A stretch of 47,362 bases of DNA, taken from the NCBI GenBank assembly GCA_002172655.2, contig NHEL02000012.1:72455-119816 (forward strand). The letters run 5' to 3'. This document shows positions 36,177-45,859 of the stretch, one piece after another. The notes under the pieces are model-generated. The model was not told the DNA's origin, made no database searches, and was given only the letters and a program-made list of their open reading frames with translations. How positions within the stretch are numbered: position 1 is the first letter of the stretch; each line of letters begins with the position of its first letter. Both the position numbers and the translations under genes were made by a program. The stretch comes from Flavobacteriales bacterium TMED84 (GTDB taxonomy: Bacteria > Bacteroidota > Bacteroidia > Flavobacteriales > BACL11).

Positions 36177-37220
36177 ATGAAAATAAATAAGATAAAAAAG
36201 TCCAGATTAGAAACAGTTGATTTCGAAAATCTTCCATTTGGTTCAATATTCTCTGATCACATGCTGATTTGTGAATTTAAAAATGGTAAATGGAATGAGC
36301 CTGAAATCAAACCTTATGGACCACTTAAATTATCTCCTGGAACACAAGCACTACATTATGGTCAATCCATTTTTGAAGGAATGAAAGCTTTTAAGTCCAA
36401 AAAAGATAATGTTTTGTTATTTAGACCAGATAAAAATTTTGAAAGAATAAATAATTCTGCCAAAAGATTATCAATCCCACAAATACCAAAAGATGTGTTT
36501 ATTGATGGTCTTAAAGCGCTAGTAAGAATTGATAGCGATTGGGTCTCTAAAAGAGATGGTTATTCTCTATATATAAGACCATTTGTTTTTGGATCGAGTG
36601 AGTGTATAAAAGCTAATTCTTCAAATGATTTTACTTTTGTTATAATTACTTCACCAACTATGAATTATTATTCAGACCCAATAGATATATTAATTGAGCA
36701 AAAATTTACACGAGCAATGAAAGGAGGTGTCGGTTATACTAAAGCCTCAGGAAATTATGCAGCCTCATTTTATCCAACGAGTTTAGCTGAAGAGAGAGGT
36801 TACACTCAATTATTATGGACAGATGGAATTAATCATGAAAATATTGAAGAATCTGGGACGATGAATATTTGGTTCCGAATTGAAGATAAATTAGTTACTC
36901 CAAAATTGACAGATAGTATACTTCCAGGTGTTACAAGAAACAGTATATTAACTCTGGCCTCTGAGATGAATTTAAAAGTTGAGGAAAGAACAATATCAAT
37001 TACTGAAATAATTAATTCTTTTAAGAACAAAACATTATTAGAGGCGTTTGGATCTGGCACTGCAGTTGTATTAAGTGAGATCAGATCAATCTCTTATAAA
37101 GAAGAGAAATATTATTTACCTAATCAAGAGGATTCTTATTGTGATAAAATTAAAACTAAATTAGTTTCAATTCAAAGAGGTGATATAGAGGATACAAATA
37201 ATTGGACTGTTTCAGTCTAA
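36177..37220 (+). CDS. ilvE: Branched-chain amino acid aminotransferase
   Basis: HYGQSIFEGMKA, LYIRPF, KASGNYA (PLP Lys), EESGTMN, ILPGVTR, GSGTA. Confidence 0.95.
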   Translation: MKINKIKKSRLETVDFENLPFGSIFSDHMLICEFKNGKWNEPEIKPYGPLKLSPGTQALHYGQSIFEGMKAFKSKKDNVLLFRPDKNFERINNSAKRLSIPQIPKDVFIDGLKALVRIDSDWVSKRDGYSLYIRPFVFGSSECIKANSSNDFTFVIITSPTMNYYSDPIDILIEQKFTRAMKGGVGYTKASGNYAASFYPTSLAEERGYTQLLWTDGINHENIEESGTMNIWFRIEDKLVTPKLTDSILPGVTRNSILTLASEMNLKVEERTISITEIINSFKNKTLLEAFGSGTAVVLSEIRSISYKEEKYYLPNQEDSYCDKIKTKLVSIQRGDIEDTNNWTVSV

Positions 37221-37657
37221 TTATAGATCATTTTATAATGCTGAATACCCGCTTCTGAAAAGATATCCCCCTTTTTAATAAATCCTTGTTTTTTGTAAAA
37301 GTCAACTACCTGAACTTGTGCATGTAAATAAATATCATCTTTACTATCCTCTAGATCCTTAAGAATTCTTTTAAGTATTTTATTGCCATATCCTTTTTTT
37401 CTGTATTGTTTTAGAACAGCAAATCTTTCAAGTTTAATACCCTTTTCTGTTTTTCTATATCTAGCTGTGGCACACGGAATTTTTTCTTCAAATAACAAAA
37501 AGTGTATAGAAGATTCTTCAAATTCATATTCTTCGCTTGGATCAACATTTTGTTCTACTACAAAAACTTGATTCCTTATTTCGAAAATTTTATTAATTAA
37601 TTTTTTATCATCAAAATTAACTTGTAGTACTGAAACAGAATTTTTTTTGCTATTCAT
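37217..37657 (-). CDS. GNAT N-acetyltransferase (ElaA/YjcF-like)
   Basis: IRNQVFVVEQ, RKKGYG, LHAQ, FYKKQGF, EAGIQH. Confidence 0.9.
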   Translation of the reverse strand: MNSKKNSVSVLQVNFDDKKLINKIFEIRNQVFVVEQNVDPSEEYEFEESSIHFLLFEEKIPCATARYRKTEKGIKLERFAVLKQYRKKGYGNKILKRILKDLEDSKDDIYLHAQVQVVDFYKKQGFIKKGDIFSEAGIQHYKMIYN

Positions 37658-37688
37658 TTATATGTATATTTGTAAAAATAGATATATT

Positions 37689-38279
37689 ATGTTCAAGAAA
37701 TTATTTTTTTTATTACTAATTGTAAGCCTTTCGAGTTATGCAACAAAACCTCATGTAACTAGTGTAAAACTAGATAAAGAAAAATCATATGTTTATTGGA
37801 GAGGAAATGAAGTAGGAGGGTACCATGATGGAAATATAAAACTTAAGAGCGGATACATAATTAGCGATCACGGAAAATTGGTTGGTGGAAAATTTATTAT
37901 TGATATGAATACCATTACAAATCTTGACATTAAATCTGAAAAGTACTCACAAAAATTAGTAAATCATTTAAAAGACGATCATTTTTTTGATGTTGAAAAA
38001 TTTCCAACAAGCATATTAATTATAAAGAATGCAAAAAAGATTTCTGATCAAAACTATAATATCACTGCAGATTTAACTATCAGAGGAATAACAAACGAAA
38101 TCAACTTTATTTCAAATGTTAGTTTAAGAGGTAATCAGTTTCAAGCTGAAGGAGATATCGTTATTGACAGAACAAGATGGGATGTTAAATACAGATCATC
38201 TATTGTCGGAACTGTGGCTGATAAATTGATTGAAGATAACATTGAATTTAAAGTGTTTCTTTATTCTGTTTCAAGATAG
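37689..38279 (+). CDS. YceI-family exported protein
   Basis: Signal peptide, HDG, IDMNTI, HLKDDHFFDVEKFP, LTIRG, IDRTRWDV. TATATTTG at 37665-37672 supports ATG 37689. Confidence 0.9.
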   Translation: MFKKLFFLLLIVSLSSYATKPHVTSVKLDKEKSYVYWRGNEVGGYHDGNIKLKSGYIISDHGKLVGGKFIIDMNTITNLDIKSEKYSQKLVNHLKDDHFFDVEKFPTSILIIKNAKKISDQNYNITADLTIRGITNEINFISNVSLRGNQFQAEGDIVIDRTRWDVKYRSSIVGTVADKLIEDNIEFKVFLYSVSR

Positions 38280-38425
38280 TGATTGAAATACTTGTTTCCT
38301 CATTTGTTATTTCTTATTTAATAGCATGTTATCAAAGATATAAGGGATTTAGTTTTTGGCCAGTCTATATAAAAACATTTATAGGTGTGACTGGTTTACT
38401 TACAATTTTTTTTACCTATTTCTAG
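38279..38425 (+). CDS. Putative 48-aa two-TM small protein, absent from the ORF track
   Basis: GTG overlaps the YceI TAG; MIEILVSSFVISYLIACYQRYKGFSFWPVYIKTFIGVTGLLTIFFTYF*; fills the only sizeable gap in the region. Confidence 0.55.
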   Translation: MIEILVSSFVISYLIACYQRYKGFSFWPVYIKTFIGVTGLLTIFFTYF

Positions 38426-39304
38426 CATAATTTTTTCAGAAAGCAAGTCCGCTGAACCACGCTTAAGTCTAAACCATAATTCTGGTTCAATTAACTCAAT
38501 TTCTGATAATGACAAGTTGTTTTCGTTGTCATATATTACATCAACTCTAGCATATAATGGTAATTCAATACATTCACTGACACATTTTTCTGCAAATCTA
38601 ATTTCATTTAAGCTTGGGATATATTTTTCAACTCTACCACCATGGTCATCTTGAACTCTAAAATCTCCGTCCTTTGCAATTTTTCTTACAGAGTGGCTAT
38701 ATTCACCTCCAAAAACCATCAAAGAAATCTCTCCAAAGCTCATTATACTTTTTAAAAAAATTTGAAAGATCATAGTTTCTTTATCACACAGTTTTCTAAA
38801 AATATTTTCAAAATCATCACAATTTACTTTGTTAACTCTGAAAGTATTTTTGGCAGCTCCAGAAATAGCTGGTTTGATGATTGCCTCTTCCCAATTCGTT
38901 TGATTAAACAATGTTTTTAGAGTTGTAAAATTTTTGCTATTAATAAAGATTGAGCTAGCTATATTTATTTTTTTTTTAGAAAAATCTAGAAGATAGGATT
39001 TGTTTAAATTCCATTTAACCAAGTTGAATGAATTTATAAGAATAAATTTATCTTTAATATTCATCAACCACTGATAAAATTCATCAATTTTATCAAAATA
39101 GTCCCAAGTTGACCGAATAATAGCAAAGTTAGTATTACTCCAATCAAAATTCTTGTCAGACCAGCTTTTTCTGGTAACTACTAAGCCTCTTTTTTTGAGG
39201 CTTTCAAAAAGAATTTCGTCTTCAAGTAATACTTGCTCTTTATACCAATTTTTCTTTACGGGGTCTAAATATCTATCCTCTGTAAGTATAGTTATATCAA
39301 ACAT
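38396..39304 (-). CDS. ATP-grasp ligase (RimK/glutathione-synthetase superfamily, DcsG-like)
   Basis: IRSTWDY, WNLNKSYL, IKPAISGAA, GDFRVQDDHGG, YARVD, EIELIEPEL. Confidence 0.82.
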   Translation of the reverse strand: MFDITILTEDRYLDPVKKNWYKEQVLLEDEILFESLKKRGLVVTRKSWSDKNFDWSNTNFAIIRSTWDYFDKIDEFYQWLMNIKDKFILINSFNLVKWNLNKSYLLDFSKKKINIASSIFINSKNFTTLKTLFNQTNWEEAIIKPAISGAAKNTFRVNKVNCDDFENIFRKLCDKETMIFQIFLKSIMSFGEISLMVFGGEYSHSVRKIAKDGDFRVQDDHGGRVEKYIPSLNEIRFAEKCVSECIELPLYARVDVIYDNENNLSLSEIELIEPELWFRLKRGSADLLSEKIMLEIGKKNCK

Positions 39305-39622
39305 TTAATCTGAGAGCTTAACAGCAGTTCCATAAGCAAGTATTTCAGAACAACCCTGCATAACCATGGATGTGGTTATTCGTACATTAATGATGGCATC
39401 AGCATTTTTGTTTTTAGCTTCGATTATCATCCTATCAATTGCTTGTTTTCTTGCACTATTCTGAAGATTAGTATATTCTGAGATCTCACCTCCAATCAAA
39501 GTTCTAATTTTTGCAAATATGTCTCTTGCAACATTTCTAGCTCTAACTGTACTTCCTTGTACGATGCCAAAACTTTCAATAATTTTTTTATTTGGAATAT
39601 TGTTATTGTTTACTACTATCAT
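39305..39622 (-). CDS. YbjQ / UPF0145 family protein
   Basis: GSTVRARN..RD, GGEISEYT, ADAIINVR, AYGTAV. Start re-set to ATG 39622. Confidence 0.9.
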   Translation of the reverse strand: MIVVNNNNIPNKKIIESFGIVQGSTVRARNVARDIFAKIRTLIGGEISEYTNLQNSARKQAIDRMIIEAKNKNADAIINVRITTSMVMQGCSEILAYGTAVKLSD

Positions 39623-39623
39623 A

Positions 39624-42600
39624 TTACATGTTTCTTCTGTATTGGCCTCCAACATCAAATAAAACATTTGTTATCTGGCCTAACGAACAGCATTTAGTAG
39701 AATTCATTAGCTCTTCAAAAATATTTTTATTTTTTAGTGCAACTGAATTTAATTTTTCAATAAAATGCTCAGATTTTTCTAAATTTAATTGATGAAACAT
39801 CTCAAGCATAAAAATTTGATATTTTTTCTCTTTATCAAAAGCTCTTATTACTTCATTATTAGTTAAGGTTGGATATCCATCATCGTTTAAAAATGTATTA
39901 ACTCCAATTATTGGAAGATCACCGCTGTGTTTCAAACTTTCATAGTGAAGACTCTCTTCTTGTATTTTCCCTCTTTGGTACATTGTCTCCATAGCTCCTA
40001 ATACTCCACCTCTTTCAGTTATTCTGTCAAATTCAACGAGTACAGCTTCCTCAACTAAATCAGTGAGTTCTTCAATGATAAATGAACCCTGCAATGGATT
40101 CTCATTTTTTGTAAGTCCTAATTCCTTGTTTATAATCATCTGTATAGCAATTGCTCTTCTGACAGAATTTTCCGTTGGTGTTGTTATAGCTTCGTCAAAA
40201 GCATTTGTATGTAGAGAATTGCAGTTGTCATAAATTGCATATAATGCTTGTAGCGTAGTTCTAATATCGTTAAAATCAATTTCTTGCGCATGTAAAGATC
40301 TTCCAGATGTTTGTATGTGATACTTGAGCAATTGTGATCTTTTGTTGGCTCCATATTTTAATTTCATAGCCTTGGCCCATAATCTTCTTGCAACTCTACC
40401 AATTACAGAATATTCAGGATCAATACCATTGCTGAAGAAAAATGAAAGGTTACTTGCAAAATCATCAATTTTCATTCCTCTACTTATGTAGTATTCAACG
40501 TATGTAAACCCATTTGCTAAAGTAAATGCTAGCTGTGTAATTGGATTAGCTCCTGCTTCAGCAATATGGTATCCTGAAATTGAAACAGAGTAAAAGTTCT
40601 TTATTTGGTTCTCAATGAAATATTGCTGAACATCACCCATTATTTTTAATGCAAATTCAGTGGAAAAAATACATGTATTTTGAGCTTGATCTTCTTTTAA
40701 TATATCAGCTTGAACAGTTCCTCGCACATTTTTCAATGTATATTTTTTAATTTTATTGTAAATTTTTTGGTCGAGCACCTGATCTCCTGTTACACCCAAC
40801 AATATCAGCCCTAGGCCATCGTTGCCTTCTGGTAACTCACCTTGATATTCAGGAATAGAGAGATTTTTTTCTTTGAAGATTTTTTTAATTTTTTTTCTAG
40901 TTGATTCTTCTAACCCATTTTCTTTAATATACTTTTCACATTGTTGGTCAATTGCTGCGTTAAAAAAGAATGCTAAAATCATAGGTGCAGGACCGTTGAT
41001 TGTCATACTTACTGATGTCGACTTATTTAACAAATCAAAACCAGAATAAAGTTTTTTCATGTCATCGAGGCAGCAAATTGATACTCCAGCGTTTCCAATT
41101 TTCCCATAGATGTCTGGTCTGACATCAGGATCATTTCCATATAGTGTTACCGAATCAAATGCAGTTGAAAGTCTCTTTGCAGGCATGTCTTTACTGACTA
41201 AGTGGAATCTTTTATTTGTTCTCTCAGGGCCACCTTCACCAGCAAACATTCTTGTTGGATCTTCTCCCTGTCTTTTAAAAGGAAAGATGCCAGATGTAAA
41301 TGGAAAACTTCCTGGAACATTTTCTTGTAGTAGCCATTTTAATATATCACCCCAACTTTCAAATTTAGGAAGAGCAACTTTTGAAATTTTAGAGTTTGAT
41401 AGTGAATGAAATTTTGTTTGGATTTGAATTTTTTTATTTCTGACATCAAACTCAAAAATGTCTTTTTTGTATTTTTCAACAAGATTATACCAGTTCAAAA
41501 GATTATTGTAGTTCTCTTTAGTTAATTTTTCTCTGTAAGATTCATATTGCAATTGAATTTGGTTATGTGCTTCTGAGTCTTTTTGTAATAGCTCCATACT
41601 TATTTTTAGAGCGTATAGTTTTTTTGCAATTTCACTTTGATCATTCACCCATTTGTCATAATCTCTATTGTTATCTGCTATTTCCGATAGATACCTAACT
41701 CTTTTTGGAGGAATCACATATATTTTTTCACTTTCAGAGTTGCTTCTGCTCAAAGATTTTAGCTCAAATTTTCCGAATCCTTTTTTTAGTAAAATTGAAT
41801 TAAGCTCGTAGAAAAAAGTGTTCGTGCCAGGATCATTAAACTGAGAAGCTATTGTACCATAAACAGGCATATTATCAACTTTATTTGTAAATAGCTTGTT
41901 ATTTCTTTGAAATTGTTTTTTTACATCTTTTACAGCATCAAAGCTTCCTTTTTTATCAAACTTGTTTATTGCTATAATGTCAGCAAAGTCCAGCATATCT
42001 ATCTTTTCAAGTTGAGTGGCTGCCCCATATTCAGGTGTCATTACATACGCTGAAAGTGAGGAGTGCTCAGTGATTTCAGTGTCTGATTGACCTATTCCTG
42101 AAGTTTCTAAAATAATCAAGTCAAAATTTGCAACTTTTAAAATTTCTAAGGCTTTACTGACATGCTTGGACAAAGCTAGATTAGCTTGTCTGGTAGCCAA
42201 TGATCTCATGTAAACTCTATTAGAATTAATGGAGTTCATACGAATCCGATCACCTAGCAAAGCTCCACCAGTTTTTCTTTTAGAGGGATCTACTGAAATA
42301 ATACCAATTTTAAGCTTCTCATATTGATTTAAAAATCTTCTTACAAGTTCATCAACTAAAGAAGATTTACCTGCTCCACCAGTTCCCGTTATCCCAAGAA
42401 TAGGGATTTCTTTGCTTTTTGCTTTTTGAGTGATGGTTTTTATAAATTTTTTGTGATTGTTAGGGAAATTTTCAACTGCTGATATAGCCCTAGAAATACT
42501 TTTAATTTTTTGGTTTTCAATATCTTTGATTTCACCGATTAATTTATCTCCAAGTGAGTAGTCAGATTTTAATACTAAATCATTTATCATCCCTTGCAAT

Positions 42601-42992
42601 CCCATTTTTCTTCCATCATCAGGATGGTATATTTTTGTAATTCCATAATCCTCTAACTCTTTAATTTCCTCTGGTAAAATAGTACCACCACCTCCAGCAA
42701 AAATTTTAATGTGCTTGGAGTTATTTTCTTTCAATAGGTCATACATGTACTTGAGAAATTCGTTATGTCCACCTTGGTAGGAAGTTAGTGCGATTGCATT
42801 CGCATCTTCTTCAATAGCACAATCTACAATCTCTTTTACTGATCTGTCATGTCCCAAATGAATTACTTCACAACCAGATGATTGAATGATTCTTCTCATA
42901 ATGTTTATTGCGGCATCATGACCATCAAAAAGTGAAGCAGCAGTAACTATTCTAACTTTATTTTCTGGTTTATATGACTTGACTTCTATCAT
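39624..42992 (-). CDS. icmF: Fused isobutyryl-CoA mutase (B12-binding domain + MeaB-like GTPase + mutase barrel)
   Basis: FDGHD B12 motif, [44 protein letters not shown]. Confidence 0.92.
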   Translation of the reverse strand: MIEVKSYKPENKVRIVTAASLFDGHDAAINIMRRIIQSSGCEVIHLGHDRSVKEIVDCAIEEDANAIALTSYQGGHNEFLKYMYDLLKENNSKHIKIFAGGGGTILPEEIKELEDYGITKIYHPDDGRKMGLQGMINDLVLKSDYSLGDKLIGEIKDIENQKIKSISRAISAVENFPNNHKKFIKTITQKAKSKEIPILGITGTGGAGKSSLVDELVRRFLNQYEKLKIGIISVDPSKRKTGGALLGDRIRMNSINSNRVYMRSLATRQANLALSKHVSKALEILKVANFDLIILETSGIGQSDTEITEHSSLSAYVMTPEYGAATQLEKIDMLDFADIIAINKFDKKGSFDAVKDVKKQFQRNNKLFTNKVDNMPVYGTIASQFNDPGTNTFFYELNSILLKKGFGKFELKSLSRSNSESEKIYVIPPKRVRYLSEIADNNRDYDKWVNDQSEIAKKLYALKISMELLQKDSEAHNQIQLQYESYREKLTKENYNNLLNWYNLVEKYKKDIFEFDVRNKKIQIQTKFHSLSNSKISKVALPKFESWGDILKWLLQENVPGSFPFTSGIFPFKRQGEDPTRMFAGEGGPERTNKRFHLVSKDMPAKRLSTAFDSVTLYGNDPDVRPDIYGKIGNAGVSICCLDDMKKLYSGFDLLNKSTSVSMTINGPAPMILAFFFNAAIDQQCEKYIKENGLEESTRKKIKKIFKEKNLSIPEYQGELPEGNDGLGLILLGVTGDQVLDQKIYNKIKKYTLKNVRGTVQADILKEDQAQNTCIFSTEFALKIMGDVQQYFIENQIKNFYSVSISGYHIAEAGANPITQLAFTLANGFTYVEYYISRGMKIDDFASNLSFFFSNGIDPEYSVIGRVARRLWAKAMKLKYGANKRSQLLKYHIQTSGRSLHAQEIDFNDIRTTLQALYAIYDNCNSLHTNAFDEAITTPTENSVRRAIAIQMIINKELGLTKNENPLQGSFIIEELTDLVEEAVLVEFDRITERGGVLGAMETMYQRGKIQEESLHYESLKHSGDLPIIGVNTFLNDDGYPTLTNNEVIRAFDKEKKYQIFMLEMFHQLNLEKSEHFIEKLNSVALKNKNIFEELMNSTKCCSLGQITNVLFDVGGQYRRNM

Positions 42993-43002
42993 GATATAAG
43001 TG

Positions 43003-43010
43003 CAAATTTA
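43003..43010 (-). promoter_or_regulatory. -7 promoter element for icmF-ybjQ-ATP-grasp
   Basis: Minus strand TAAATTTG 10 nt upstream of the ATG. Confidence 0.6.
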
Positions 43011-43073
43011 AACTTTTAAGAATGATTTAAAAAATTATTAAAAATTGATAACTTTAGGAAATAAAACAAACAA

Positions 43074-45833
43074 ATGAGATTTATAATTCTTCCTTCAATT
43101 TTTGCAATAGTAATTTCTGTAATATCTTACATGACAATTGTTGAAAATTACAACAAAGTTAAGATGTACCCTTCTGATAATCCAACTGAAAGAGTAGTTT
43201 GGGAGAAGATTAGGCTCATGGACCCATCAACTGGTCAGATTCCAAGAAACATACATAAAAAGGAAAGAACTTTTGCTAAAACTTTACCAAGTGTTGATTT
43301 TTCTAATGCAAAAAATATTTTACAAGCAAACTGGGTTCATAGAGGCCCGTTCAATGTAGGTGGTAGAACAAGAGCTTTAGCTATTGATGTTACGAATGAA
43401 GATATATTATTTGCAGGTGGAGCCTCTGGAGGAATGTTTCGTTCAACAGACGCAGGTATGAGCTGGTCAATGACAACTCATCCCAATCAGCTACATAACG
43501 TAACATGTGTGTCTCAAGATACTAGACCAGGAAAAGAAAATATTTGGTACTTTGGCTCAGGTGAATTGAGGGGTAGCTCAGCAAGTGGTGGAGAGGCATA
43601 TTATCAGGGTAATGGTATTTACAAATCAATCGATGGTGGTTTAAGCTGGGACTCTTTATCATCTACTGCCACTAATACCCCCCACTCATTTGATAACGAT
43701 TTTGATTTTATTTGGAATATTGTTACTGATCCAAGTAATGATTCATTGGATGTTATTTATGCAGCAACTTATGGATCAATATATAGATCAGCAGATGGGG
43801 GAGCTTCTTGGTCTAAATCAATAAATGGTGGTAATGCATATCACAATAATGTTGCAATTACATCTAATGGTGTTGTATATGCAACATTAAGTAGCGACGG
43901 TAGTTCATCTGGTAGAGGTATTTGGAGATCAAATGATGGGATAAATTGGACAAAAATCAATGATGCAATGTTCCCACCAATTTATGAGAGAATTGCAATT
44001 GGAATAAATCCTTTAAATGAAAATGAAATATATTTCCTAGCTGCTGAGACTGATGGCTATGGTCAACACACTGATGTTTTTTTTGGTGGAGAAACTTGGA
44101 CATCGCTTTGGAAATATGAATATGTAAGTGGAAATGGTACTGGTTTGGGTGGTATTTGGACTGACTTATCAAGTAATATTCCTGCCAATAACCCAACATC
44201 ATTTGATAACTTTAATTCGCAAAGCAGCTATGATTTAATGATTAAAATTCACCCCAGTGATCCAAACATAATAATTATTGGGGGTACCAATTTATGGAGA
44301 TCAACTGATGGATTTACTACAGCCGGCAACACAGATATATGTGGAGGATATTTGGTGGGTTCTTATGAAGGCGATGGAAATTGGGGACTATATCCAAATC
44401 ATCATCCTGATCAACATGATCTTCTTTATTTAAAATCAAATGATTCAGTAGCATACAGTGCTACTGATGGTGGTGTATACCGTTGTGATAATATTTTTGC
44501 TGATACGATTGAATGGACCTCATTAAACAATGGTTATTATACTACTCAGCTTTATGCTGCTACACTAAGTAGAAATGCTAACTCTGATCTTTTACATGGA
44601 GGCTTTCAGGATAATGGAAATTTTATAACGTTCTCTGGTAATTCAACCGATCATTGGACAATGCCTTTTAATGGAGATGGTGCTTTCGCTGGGATTGCTG
44701 ATAACGAAGAGGATTTTTATCTGACTATACAAAGGGGAGTTATGTATAAGATGAAGTTAGATAATAATGCAAACAGAATATCTTTTCAAAGAATGGATCC
44801 AGCCTCAGCAGATACAAATAAGTATATGTTTATAAATCCCATGGTAATGGACGATAACTCTGATATAATCTATTGGGCAGCTGGTAATCACTTGTGGAGA
44901 AATAATGATATTGCTAATATTACATATAATGACTCACACAGCAGATCAGATTTTGGATGGCATCACTTTTCTGATACTTTATTTCCTCCATCACTGAGAA
45001 TTTCTGTAATTGAAACTTCAACTAATCCACCAAATATTGTCTATTTAGGTACAAGAAATAAATATATATATAGAATTGATAATGCTAATGTTGGAGATCC
45101 ATCTTTAAATCAAATAAATCTTCCAACAGGATCAACAGCATATTGTTCTGATATTGCTATCAATCCACTTGATGCGGATGAAATAATGGTTATATATTCT
45201 AATTACAGTGTTTATTCTGTATTTCATTCAACAGATGGTGGTGCAAGCTTTGAAAAAGTTGCTGGTAACCTTGAACAAAATCCATCTGGCTCAGGAAATG
45301 GACCATCGTGTAGAACAGCTGAAATAATTCCTTTAGGAAATGACACTCTATATTTGGTCGGAACCTCTGTAGGTCTTTTTGGCACCGCCAACTTAGACGG
45401 CCAAAACACTGTATGGAAACAAATAGGAAAAAATACAATAGGAAATGTTGTTATAGAGACATTAACATATAGACCTATTGATGGTAGACTGGTAGTTGCA
45501 ACTCATGGTAATGGTATATATCAAACTACTTTAAATAATGTTAATAATGTTTTAGCAATTGAAAATCTGGATCAAGAAAGCTTACAGATTTCCGTTTTTC
45601 CAAATCCTGCTTCAAATGAACTTTTTATCAACTTTAAGTCTAATGAATCACAAAGTGTCTCACTAACAATTATTGATGAACTAGGAAAAAAAGTAATGGA
45701 AACAAAGAAAATTAAATCAATCTCTGGAGAGATAAAAATCAATGAAAATATTAGTCAATTAAAGCCTGGGATTTATTTCGCTATTGTAAAGAATGAATCA
45801 GAAAAAATTACAAAACAATTTGTAAAGAAATAA
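43074..45833 (+). CDS. Secreted T9SS cargo protein with multiple BNR/Asp-box repeats (VPS10/GH74-like beta-propellers)
   Basis: GPFNVGGRTRA, several SxDGGxxW boxes, HPDQH, GGFQDNG, ATHGNG, C-terminal FPNPAS...GIYF...QFVKK. Confidence 0.87.
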   Translation: MRFIILPSIFAIVISVISYMTIVENYNKVKMYPSDNPTERVVWEKIRLMDPSTGQIPRNIHKKERTFAKTLPSVDFSNAKNILQANWVHRGPFNVGGRTRALAIDVTNEDILFAGGASGGMFRSTDAGMSWSMTTHPNQLHNVTCVSQDTRPGKENIWYFGSGELRGSSASGGEAYYQGNGIYKSIDGGLSWDSLSSTATNTPHSFDNDFDFIWNIVTDPSNDSLDVIYAATYGSIYRSADGGASWSKSINGGNAYHNNVAITSNGVVYATLSSDGSSSGRGIWRSNDGINWTKINDAMFPPIYERIAIGINPLNENEIYFLAAETDGYGQHTDVFFGGETWTSLWKYEYVSGNGTGLGGIWTDLSSNIPANNPTSFDNFNSQSSYDLMIKIHPSDPNIIIIGGTNLWRSTDGFTTAGNTDICGGYLVGSYEGDGNWGLYPNHHPDQHDLLYLKSNDSVAYSATDGGVYRCDNIFADTIEWTSLNNGYYTTQLYAATLSRNANSDLLHGGFQDNGNFITFSGNSTDHWTMPFNGDGAFAGIADNEEDFYLTIQRGVMYKMKLDNNANRISFQRMDPASADTNKYMFINPMVMDDNSDIIYWAAGNHLWRNNDIANITYNDSHSRSDFGWHHFSDTLFPPSLRISVIETSTNPPNIVYLGTRNKYIYRIDNANVGDPSLNQINLPTGSTAYCSDIAINPLDADEIMVIYSNYSVYSVFHSTDGGASFEKVAGNLEQNPSGSGNGPSCRTAEIIPLGNDTLYLVGTSVGLFGTANLDGQNTVWKQIGKNTIGNVVIETLTYRPIDGRLVVATHGNGIYQTTLNNVNNVLAIENLDQESLQISVFPNPASNELFINFKSNESQSVSLTIIDELGKKVMETKKIKSISGEIKINENISQLKPGIYFAIVKNESEKITKQFVKK

Positions 45834-45859
45834 TAATTATTTTTACAAAAAAATTAAAT

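Noticed and set aside
38279-39304. ATP-grasp ligase plus small ORF as a graspetide (RiPP) system
   Set aside because: The small ORF is convergent and hydrophobic and lacks the Thr/Ser/Lys plus Asp/Glu core repeats; ligase motifs are not of the graspetide synthetase type
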